NCBI GenBank assembly: GCA_018065005.1
Contig: JAGHUD010000002.1
Span: forward strand, 987 to 64,986
Length of the DNA: 64,000 nt
Source of the DNA: Candidatus Physcousia equi
Lineage (GTDB): Bacteria > Bacteroidota > Bacteroidia > Bacteroidales > Bacteroidaceae
Direction of reading: 5' to 3'
Of this stretch, positions 18,681-25,360 are shown piece after piece. Within the stretch, counting starts at the first letter, position 1. Each line of letters starts with the position of its first letter. A model generated the notes under the pieces. That model made no database searches. It saw nothing but the letters and a program-made list of their open reading frames with translations, and was not told the origin of the DNA. The translations under genes were made by a program, and so were the position numbers.

Positions 18681-19793
18681 ATGATCACACAAGAACAACT
18701 CAAGGAAATAAAAGACCGCACCGAACAGCTCAACCGCTATCTCGACATACCCGGCAAGCAGGTCCAGTGGGAGGAAGAACAGCTTCGCACCCAGGCGCCC
18801 GGGTTCTGGGACGACCAGAAGCGTGCCGAGCAGCAGATGAAGCTCGTCAAGGGTCTTGAGAAGTGGCTCAAGGACTACGCCGAGGTGAAAGCCCTTGCCG
18901 ATGAGCTCGAACTTGCCTTCGACTTCTACAAGGAGCAGCTCGTCACCGAACAGGAAGTCGACGACATCCACGCGCGAGCCCTCGCCGCCGTCGAAGCCCT
19001 CGAACTGCGCAACATGCTGCGCCACGAGGGCGACAACATGGACGCCGTGCTCAAGATCAACGCCGGAGCAGGAGGCACCGAAGCCCAAGACTGGGCAGAG
19101 CAGCTCATGCGTATGTATATGCGCTATGCTGAGCAGAACGGCTACAAGCTCCGCGTAGCCAATGTCCTCGACGGCGACGATGCCGGCATCAAGTCCTGCA
19201 CCTTAGAGATCGAAGGCGAGTATGCCTACGGCTTTCTCAAGAGCGAAAACGGAGTGCACCGCCTCGTGCGCGTATCACCTTATAATGCACAGGGCAAGCG
19301 CATGACCTCCTTCGCCTCAGTCTTCGTCACCCCGCTCGTCGACGACACCATCGAGGTCAACATCGAGACGGCGCGCATCTCCTGGGACACCTTCCGCTCC
19401 TCCGGTGCCGGCGGTCAGAACGTCAACAAGGTCGAGTCTGGCGTGCGTCTGCGCTATCAGTATAAAGACCCCTACACGGGCGAGGAAGAGGAAATCCTCA
19501 TCGAGAACACCGAGACACGCGACCAGCCCAAGAACAAGGAGAACGCCATGCGCCTCCTCCGTTCCATCCTCTTCGACAAAGAGATGAAGCACCGCATGGA
19601 GGAGCAAGCCAAGGTGGAGGCGGGCAAGAAGAAGATCGAGTGGGGCAGCCAGATTCGCTCCTACGTCTTCGACGACCGCCGCGTCAAGGACCACCGCTCC
19701 AACTATCAGACCTCCGACGTGGGCGGTGTCATGGACGGCAAGATCGATGCCTTCATCAAAGCCTACCTGATGGAGTTCGGTGCAGAAGAGTAG
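18681..19793 (+). CDS. prfB: peptide chain release factor 2, single uninterrupted frame
   Basis: 370 aa. GGQ motif (SGAGGQNVNKVES), SPY at the SPF position (RLVRVSPYNAQGKRMTSF). N-terminus LNRYLDIPGKQ aligns with the E. coli frameshift region but has no in-frame UGA. Confidence 0.9.
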   Translation: MITQEQLKEIKDRTEQLNRYLDIPGKQVQWEEEQLRTQAPGFWDDQKRAEQQMKLVKGLEKWLKDYAEVKALADELELAFDFYKEQLVTEQEVDDIHARALAAVEALELRNMLRHEGDNMDAVLKINAGAGGTEAQDWAEQLMRMYMRYAEQNGYKLRVANVLDGDDAGIKSCTLEIEGEYAYGFLKSENGVHRLVRVSPYNAQGKRMTSFASVFVTPLVDDTIEVNIETARISWDTFRSSGAGGQNVNKVESGVRLRYQYKDPYTGEEEEILIENTETRDQPKNKENAMRLLRSILFDKEMKHRMEEQAKVEAGKKKIEWGSQIRSYVFDDRRVKDHRSNYQTSDVGGVMDGKIDAFIKAYLMEFGAEE

Positions 19794-19840
19794 TACCCCC
19801 ATTGCCACACATTCCCCCCTCAACAACGACCAACGCATCT

Positions 19841-20314
19841 ATGCATTACGAGATAGAACGCAAGTTTCGCGTCACAGGCGACTTCAAGAGCCAAGCCACC
19901 AACGTCACCCACATCATGCAGGGCTACATAGCCAGCGGCAACGGACGCACCGTGCGGGTGCGCATCCGCGACGACAAGGGCTACCTCACCATCAAGGGGC
20001 CCAGCGGTGCGGCAGGACTCAAACGCTACGAGTTCGAACAGGAGATTACACTTGCCGATGCCATGGACCTCATGCGCATCTGTGAGCCCGGCATCATCGA
20101 CAAGCACCGCTACCTCGTGCCCGTCGGGGCGCACGTCTTCGAGGTCGACGTCTTCCATGGCGACAACGAGGGACTCGTCATGGCTGAGGTGGAACTCGCC
20201 AGCGAAGATGAGGCATACGAGCGCCCACTGTGGCTCGGGCAGGAGGTGACGGGCGACCGCCGCTTCTACAATGCCCACATGCGTCGCTATCCCTATAAGA
20301 TGTGGGGCGAATGA
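19841..20314 (+). CDS. CYTH domain-containing protein
   Basis: Begins MHYEIERKFRV (the ExExK hallmark of CYTH), 157 aa. The track's upstream extension overlaps prfB. Confidence 0.8.
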   Translation: MHYEIERKFRVTGDFKSQATNVTHIMQGYIASGNGRTVRVRIRDDKGYLTIKGPSGAAGLKRYEFEQEITLADAMDLMRICEPGIIDKHRYLVPVGAHVFEVDVFHGDNEGLVMAEVELASEDEAYERPLWLGQEVTGDRRFYNAHMRRYPYKMWGE

Positions 20315-20427
20315 GCGGCGAATCTGCGAGATGTGCGCTATTGGATGGGGCGAGAGTTGCGGAAAGGTGTCGCAAAGCATAGATTTTTGAACTACGAATG
20401 TCACGAATAACCTACGAATAGGAAATT

Positions 20428-20514
20428 ATGGTTCAAAACAATTATATTAGTAGTTTATTTGCGTTATTCGTAGTTTCAGCCTCATCTTTTTATCACTATA
20501 TTTTATATTCGTAG
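20428..20514 (+). CDS. candidate 28-aa hydrophobic small ORF, copy 1 (speculative)
   Basis: ATG...TAG, encoding MVQNNYISSLFALFVVSASSFYHYILYS. AGGAAA ends 2 nt before the ATG. Paralogue lies 150 bp downstream. Confidence 0.25.
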   Translation: MVQNNYISSLFALFVVSASSFYHYILYS

Positions 20515-20577
20515 TTTATTCGCGTTATTCGTAGTTCCAACCTTATTTTTTTATCAATAACCTACGAATAGGAAATT

Positions 20578-20664
20578 ATGTTTCAAAAGAATTATATTCG
20601 TAGGTTATTCGCGTTATTCGTAGTTTCTCTCTCATATTTTTATCACTTTATTTTATGTTCGTAG
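20578..20664 (+). CDS. candidate 28-aa hydrophobic small ORF, copy 2 (speculative)
   Basis: Encodes MFQKNYIRRLFALFVVSLSYFYHFILCS. Same length and stop as copy 1. Ten nt differences and no indel. Confidence 0.25.
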   Translation: MFQKNYIRRLFALFVVSLSYFYHFILCS

Positions 20665-20677
20665 GTTATTAGCGTTC

Positions 20678-22036
20678 TCAGACAAACTGCAAGACGAACA
20701 CCGTGGCAATGCTGGGTGGGATGACCCATCGCAGCAGGAAGATATAGACGCCAAAGAGACGGAAGCGCAACCTGCCATAGTTCGTCATCTCGTCGCGCAC
20801 CAGCTGACGGTCGAGCTTCCATCCCACGAAGATGGAGATTACGATGCCGCCAATAGGCATCATGAAGGTCGAGGTCAGCGTGTCGAGCGAGTCGATGCTC
20901 ACCAGCGAGAGCAGCGGCACATCATGCAGCAAGCTCGGCTGCAGCGAACAGATGATGCCGAAGAAGAGACATACAGCCGTCACGATGAGCGTGGCGCGGC
21001 GGCGCGAGATATGGTGCGTCTCGTGGAGCCATGCCGTCACCGGTTCGTGGGTCGACATGGCGCTGGTCAGGGCAGCCAGGAAGAGCAGCAGGTAGAAGAG
21101 CAGCGAGAAGACGTAGCCCAGCCAGCTGATGCCCCCAAAAGCCTGGGTGAAGACGTAGGGCAGCGTCTTGAACACCAGTCCCACGCCACTCTGCGAGGGG
21201 TCGGGATTGGGCAGCGAGAAGACAGCCGGGAAGATGATGAGGCCCGCCAGCAGAGCCACCATCGTGTCGATGATGGCTACGCTCCATGCCGTCTTGTTGA
21301 GGTTCGTGTCGTCGCGGAAGTAGCTGGCATAGGTGCTCAGGTTGCCCATGGCAAGCGAGAGCGAGAAGAACGCCTGACCAAAAGCCGCCAAGACCATCGT
21401 GCCCGACAGTTTCGAGAAGTCCGGGTGGAGCAGATAGCTCATACCCTCCGACGAGCCCGGCAGCGAGAAGGAACACACCACCAGCACCCCGATGATGAGC
21501 AAGAGCATGGGCATCATCAGTTTCGAGAATCGCTCGATGCCGCTCTTCACCCCTCGCGTGATGATCCACGTCACGATGGCGAGAAAGAGGGTGGTGCAGA
21601 TGACTTGTTGCCAGGGGTTGGACTGAAACTCGTTGAAGAAGGCATCGTAGTCTCTGTCAGCATCGCTCAGCAAGCCCACGAGCGAGGCGTAGGCATAGTA
21701 GAGCGTCCACCCCGAGATGACGATATAGAAACAGGTGATGAGGAAGCTCACCAGCACGCCACGCGCACCCTCCACCTGCCACAGCGCACCCGGTGCCAGC
21801 TTCTTGAATGCCGTGGCATTGTTCGTGTGGGTGTGTCTGCCGACGACGAACTCGCTCACCATCAGCGGCACGCCCACCACCGCCACGCAGATGAGGTAGA
21901 TGAGCACGAAGGCAGCGCCGCCGTTCTCCGCTGTCTCGGTGGGGAATCTCCATATATTGCCCATTCCTACTGCGCTGCCAGCCGAAGCCAGCACCACACC
22001 AATCTTGCTCCCAAAGTGTCCGCGTGTGTTTTGCAT
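20678..22036 (-). CDS. sodium-dependent transporter, NSS (neurotransmitter:sodium symporter) family
   Basis: 452 aa, polytopic. N-terminal signature GSAVGMGNIWRFP. Confidence 0.88.
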   Translation of the reverse strand: MQNTRGHFGSKIGVVLASAGSAVGMGNIWRFPTETAENGGAAFVLIYLICVAVVGVPLMVSEFVVGRHTHTNNATAFKKLAPGALWQVEGARGVLVSFLITCFYIVISGWTLYYAYASLVGLLSDADRDYDAFFNEFQSNPWQQVICTTLFLAIVTWIITRGVKSGIERFSKLMMPMLLLIIGVLVVCSFSLPGSSEGMSYLLHPDFSKLSGTMVLAAFGQAFFSLSLAMGNLSTYASYFRDDTNLNKTAWSVAIIDTMVALLAGLIIFPAVFSLPNPDPSQSGVGLVFKTLPYVFTQAFGGISWLGYVFSLLFYLLLFLAALTSAMSTHEPVTAWLHETHHISRRRATLIVTAVCLFFGIICSLQPSLLHDVPLLSLVSIDSLDTLTSTFMMPIGGIVISIFVGWKLDRQLVRDEMTNYGRLRFRLFGVYIFLLRWVIPPSIATVFVLQFV

Positions 22037-22083
22037 AATCTTGTATATGTTTGTGGAGGATGTTCCGTTGTGTTATGTTTTGG

Positions 22084-22091
22084 CAAAAGTA
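22084..22091 (-). promoter_or_regulatory. candidate -7 box (TACTTTTG on minus) for the NSS transporter
   Basis: CAAAAGTA on +, 48 nt upstream of the ATG at 22036. Confidence 0.45.
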
Positions 22092-22159
22092 AAACATTTT
22101 CTTCAAAACACCACACCAAACGTCATCTTTTTTCCTTTTCCCCGCCACATTTGTCACCT

Positions 22160-22231
22160 CATCCTCCCCTCCTGCCGCTTATCATGTTGAAGGGCGCACC
22201 CGCCTTGCAGCTGTGCGCCCTTCGTTTCTGT
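22160..22231 (+). repeat. 72-nt repeat element copy A: CU-rich tract plus GC-rich hairpin (terminator-like)
   Basis: CATCCTCCCCTCCTGCCGCTTATCATGTT then GAAGGGCGCAC (22189-22199) / GTGCGCCCTTC (22213-22223) then GTTTCTGT. Near-identical copy at 23072..23144. Confidence 0.85.
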
Positions 22232-22293
22232 ACGTGTTAAGGAGCCAAAACGATTGATTTCTCTTAAAAACACATAATAATTGATGATTTCTT

Positions 22294-22334
22294 GGCAATA
22301 TATGCTATCTATTGCCAGAATTTCATTATTTTTG
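22294..22334 (+). promoter_or_regulatory. operator-like palindrome GGCAATA-N9-TATTGCC abutting a TATTTTTG -7 box
   Basis: GGCAATA 22294-22300, TATTGCC 22310-22316, then AGAATTTCAT and TATTTTTG at 22327-22334. This lies 50 nt upstream of the small ORF ATG at 22384. Confidence 0.45.
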
Positions 22335-22383
22335 CATCCGAAAAGCATAACAACAAGACAATATAATTACAAAACACAACATC

Positions 22384-22494
22384 ATGACATACATACTCAT
22401 AGGCATAGTAATGGCATTCTACGGATGGATAGCCTACAGCGCAGCACACGACGATAACAAGACAAACATCACCGAGCTGCATGAAACTAAGTGA
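22384..22494 (+). CDS. candidate 36-aa single-TM small protein (speculative)
   Basis: Encodes MTYILIGIVMAFYGWIAYSAAHDDNKTNITELHETK. Preceded by the -7 box at 22327. Overlaps the next ORF start (22481) in another frame. Confidence 0.3.
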   Translation: MTYILIGIVMAFYGWIAYSAAHDDNKTNITELHETK

Positions 22495-22765
22495 TGAAAC
22501 ACTCTTCGAGACAGGCAAGGCGAGCATAGACATAGCCAAGCTGTCAGCCGTAGCCCTCGTCATCACTCCGCTCGTTTAGCAGATTGACGTGCCGCACCTC
22601 GCACAGATAGGCCTCGTCGTCGCGTCACTCTTCTTCTGGTTTGCCGGTCGGTATATGCTCGACACATACTCACGCCGCAAGCAGATGCAGCAAGCCACGC
22701 GCCACAAGCGGCACCGCATACATATCCCCAAGAACACAACAATCAACGTTGATGTAGAAAAATAA
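22481..22765 (+). pseudogene. 94-codon two-TM membrane-protein frame interrupted by an in-frame TAG at 22577-22579
   Basis: MKLSDETLFETGKASIDIAKLSAVALVITPLV*QIDVPHLAQIGLVVASLFFWFAGRYMLDTYSRRKQMQQATRHKRHRIHIPKNTTINVDVEK*. The same frame continues across the TAG. A hairpin terminator follows directly. Confidence 0.35.
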
Positions 22766-22766
22766 C

Positions 22767-22790
22767 AAGGCAGCCCACCGTGGCTGCCTT
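22767..22790 (+). terminator. stem-loop terminator candidate after the small-ORF pair
   Basis: AAGGCAGCC-CACCGT-GGCTGCCTT (9-bp stem) followed by CTTTC. Begins 2 nt after the TAA at 22763-22765. Confidence 0.5.
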
Positions 22791-22835
22791 CTTTCATACA
22801 CCAGAAAACCAACACTCTCATGAAAATCCAAAAAG

Positions 22836-22888
22836 ACTTAAGTAAAAAAATATTTTCACTTAAGTAAAAACGAAAAAACACTTAAGTA
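22836..22888. repeat. three ACTTAAGTA sites (palindromic core ACTTAAGT) spaced exactly 22 bp apart
   Basis: Copies start at 22836, 22858 and 22880, embedded in A-rich spacers. Confidence 0.8.
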
Positions 22889-22965
22889 GAATTTTTCTTC
22901 TCGAAGAAACTTTTAATAACGTGGCAAGTGGATAATGTTTTATCTCCAAAAAATAATGAATAATC

Positions 22966-22998
22966 GGCAATAGAATTCTGATATTGCCAAAATTTCAT
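22966..22998 (+). promoter_or_regulatory. second copy of the GGCAATA-N9-TATTGCC palindrome plus AAAATTTCAT
   Basis: GGCAATA 22966-22972, TATTGCC 22982-22988. Same half-sites, spacing and 3' flank as the copy at 22294. Confidence 0.4.
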
Positions 22999-23071
22999 CA
23001 AATAAACATCTATAGCAAACAACGAGAAAGGAAATCTCTGGATATAGATACTTGGTGTGTATGGGATGCAA

Positions 23072-23144
23072 CATCCTCCCCTCCTGCCGCTTATCATGTT
23101 GAAGGGCGCACCCGCCTTTGCAGCGGTGCGCCCTTCGTTTCTGT
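23072..23144 (+). repeat. 73-nt repeat element copy B (CU-rich tract plus GC hairpin)
   Basis: Identical to copy A except for one extra T and one T-to-G change, both in the hairpin loop. Arms at 23101-23111 / 23126-23136. Confidence 0.85.
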
Positions 23145-23172
23145 TTATCGTTTTTGTTACCTATCTTTTGCT

Positions 23173-23376
23173 TTACCAAGTGTCAAATCCTGATGAGGCA
23201 GGAGTGGTGTCCCATACTCTCTCTTCGCGTGCCATACCGCCTTCAACCAGGCCCTCTTTGTCATACATTTTGAAGGTCATGCTTAGGCTTAAGAAGGCAG
23301 AGTCATCGCAGATGTTGTCATCGAGTTCGATCACGATATTTTCTGGGGGAATATAGGTTTTCTTAGATTTCTTCAT
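23173..23376 (-). CDS. hypothetical small acidic protein (67 aa), no signal peptide
   Basis: ATG lies 25 nt after the stop of the upstream T9SS cargo gene on the same strand. 13 Asp/Glu versus 8 Lys/Arg. Codon usage resembles the neighbouring genes. Confidence 0.55.
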   Translation of the reverse strand: MKKSKKTYIPPENIVIELDDNICDDSAFLSLSMTFKMYDKEGLVEGGMAREERVWDTTPASSGFDTW

Positions 23377-23401
23377 AGTTAGTAGGTTCGTTCAGTTTTG
23401 G

Positions 23402-25129
23402 TTACTTAATTACAATCTTCTTTCCGTTCACGATGTTGATGCCCTTCTGCAGCGTCTTATACTTTCTGCCATCCAAACCGTAGATGCCCTTAGGTGCCTC
23501 TGGTTCGCTTGCTTCTACGCCAGTGATGGCTGTGACCATGTCCTCGAAGTTGATGCGGAGTGCTTTTGCGTCCGACGTCGACGGTCGAGCGTTCGTGTAG
23601 GTAAGCACTTCTGCTGTCAGTCCAGCACGGTAGCCTGCTATATTTTTCTTCGTTTGGTAGAATCCAAGGTTCTGCTCACTGTCATAGTTGAAGGTGTAGA
23701 TAAAATCCTTTATATCTCCTTCATCTTCGGTGAAGGTATATGGTCTGTTGAACTCTCTTGGACTTAGATTATGGAACGAGCCGAACAGGAGTTCGGTTGA
23801 CCAAGCCAATTCTTCCTCAGTGCTTTTATGTTCGGTACGGGTCAGCTTGAATATATACTTTTCGCTGTTGTCATTGGTTGGCGTCATCCCATCAGTCACT
23901 TCCGTAATCATAAGCAGAGCGGGCACGCCTGCGGGAAGAATCTGGTCCGTGAGAGGGAAGCGGTGCACCGTAAGTCCCTCCTCGGTGTGGCCCAACCAAT
24001 GCATTCCATACGCATAAACATTCTCAGGCAACTTCACGGCAATAGGGAGGAAGATGGAAGCGTAGTAGTAGTTCTTCACTTTATGTACCGTGATGTTAAT
24101 ATTCTCAACGAATTCGGGAAACCAAGGTTTGGCGGAGTCGCCAAGTACCACTTTGTCATCTGATCCGGGAGCCAACCATTTGTTATTTGATAAGCACTTA
24201 ATGTAAGTAGGAGAAGTCAAGTCTGTTTCTCTTCCCTTTTCTTTATAAAGACCGAAGTATGCTTTCTCATTAAAAAAAGAGCCTTCGTTAGTGACCTTGT
24301 TTTCAGCGAGCCACTTACCATCGGGGTACGATATCAAGCCCACTTTACAATCTTCACTATAGCTGCCGTCTTGATTTTTTTTTGTCATATCCTTGATACA
24401 ACCCACAACACCTTCTGTTTCGCTCAATCCAACTACTGTACCTGAACCCGCTCCAGCAGGTACGGAGAGGTATTTTCTGCTTATGGGGTCCTTAATCTTA
24501 TAGAAACGATCCATTCCAAGTCCGAGGGATATACGAACCAAATCACCAGAGCTCCAAATTTCGCTGTTCTTTCCAGTGGGGTCACCATCAAGAAAGTTAA
24601 AATCCATGGGTTTGAGATACTTCTCCTTTAGAATGACTATGTCCGTCCAGTCATTGTCAATCTTAAGTGTAATCTGTGATTCGTTCTTGGCCTTGTCATA
24701 AGAGATGGTGAGCACTGCACCTTTTGTTCCAAAATCGTATGGAGAATGATTTTTTGTCGAACTCCATGAAAACCAACCATTAGGAGAGGTGCTTCCTTCC
24801 ACAGTTAGCGTATTTGTCTTTTTGTTGTTGTCTGCCACTGCACCTGCATCATCCCATCCGTTAGGACTTTGATTTTCTGCGGTGGAGAGTCCAAGATACT
24901 TGCCTTGTTGTTGTGTGAGATAGATTCCTTCACCCAACTTCAGAATACTCTTAGTGGCATCGGCGTTAGAAAGGAAAAGGGTCATGTTCAGAGTATAGCT
25001 TTCGCCCTCCTTAAAACTGGCCTTTTTTGTGTTAAGCAGGTTGTTCAGCTGATCCTTCGTATAGGCTTGAGCATAGTGACTCCAACCCATCATTGCAAAC
25101 ACAGCAATGAGTGTAAACAATCTTTTCAT
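23402..25129 (-). CDS. secreted protein of unknown function with a T9SS C-terminal sorting domain
   Basis: Signal peptide MKRLFTLIAVFAMMGWSHYAQA. The C-terminus ...KGIYGLDGRKYKTLQKGINIVNGKKIVIK matches the typical T9SS CTD ending. Confidence 0.8.
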   Translation of the reverse strand: MKRLFTLIAVFAMMGWSHYAQAYTKDQLNNLLNTKKASFKEGESYTLNMTLFLSNADATKSILKLGEGIYLTQQQGKYLGLSTAENQSPNGWDDAGAVADNNKKTNTLTVEGSTSPNGWFSWSSTKNHSPYDFGTKGAVLTISYDKAKNESQITLKIDNDWTDIVILKEKYLKPMDFNFLDGDPTGKNSEIWSSGDLVRISLGLGMDRFYKIKDPISRKYLSVPAGAGSGTVVGLSETEGVVGCIKDMTKKNQDGSYSEDCKVGLISYPDGKWLAENKVTNEGSFFNEKAYFGLYKEKGRETDLTSPTYIKCLSNNKWLAPGSDDKVVLGDSAKPWFPEFVENINITVHKVKNYYYASIFLPIAVKLPENVYAYGMHWLGHTEEGLTVHRFPLTDQILPAGVPALLMITEVTDGMTPTNDNSEKYIFKLTRTEHKSTEEELAWSTELLFGSFHNLSPREFNRPYTFTEDEGDIKDFIYTFNYDSEQNLGFYQTKKNIAGYRAGLTAEVLTYTNARPSTSDAKALRINFEDMVTAITGVEASEPEAPKGIYGLDGRKYKTLQKGINIVNGKKIVIK

Positions 25130-25352
25130 AGTTATATAATAAATTGGTTTAATTTTGAATCGCTCGGGTGGGCGTGGGCGCTTCGTGTTGCGAGAGCAGA
25201 TGGTGAGTCATATATCAATATGTCAACCACTTAACCGGTGGCAACCACTTCGCGTGGAGCGTACCGGTGGAGAACCACGCCTGGCGCTCGGCTGATGAGA
25301 GGGATGAGTTGCATGGGGTGGCATCTGCATATCCTCTGCCTAAAATTGCGTG

Positions 25353-25360
25353 CAAAGGTA
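25353..25360 (-). promoter_or_regulatory. candidate -7 box (TACCTTTG on minus) for the 575-aa cargo gene
   Basis: CAAAGGTA on +. It implies a ~215-nt GC-rich leader before the ATG at 25129. A second candidate, TACATTTG, lies at 25447-25454. Confidence 0.4.

Larger units (their letters stand above)
20388..20677. repeat. AT-rich tandem/inverted repeat block (150-bp unit x ~1.8; ATTCGTAG/CTACGAAT octamer x8)
   Basis: AATAACCTACGAATAGGAAATTATG occurs at 20406 and 20556. Eight exact ATTCGTAG copies: five forward, three reverse. The 15-nt perfect inverted pair is 20556-20570 / 20595-20609. Confidence 0.85.

Noticed and set aside
17148-19088. 646-aa minus-strand ORF spanning the acyl-CoA ligase and prfB genes
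   Set aside because: This is an antisense shadow of two GC3-rich genes. It crosses a gene boundary, its sequence is low-complexity (G/V/L/E/D/A-rich) with no motif, and both sense-strand products have unmistakable family signatures.
20924-22240. 438-aa plus-strand ORF opposite the NSS transporter
   Set aside because: Shadow ORF. It is Arg/His/Glu/Asp-rich and low-complexity, and it runs past the transporter start into the AT-rich intergenic region. The minus-strand product has the NSS signature.
22309-22881. Minus-strand ORFs of 85 and 101 aa in the AT-rich cassette
   Set aside because: They are Cys/Phe/Val-rich implausible sequences with no upstream -7 box. The + strand has promoter, ORFs and terminator in a consistent order.
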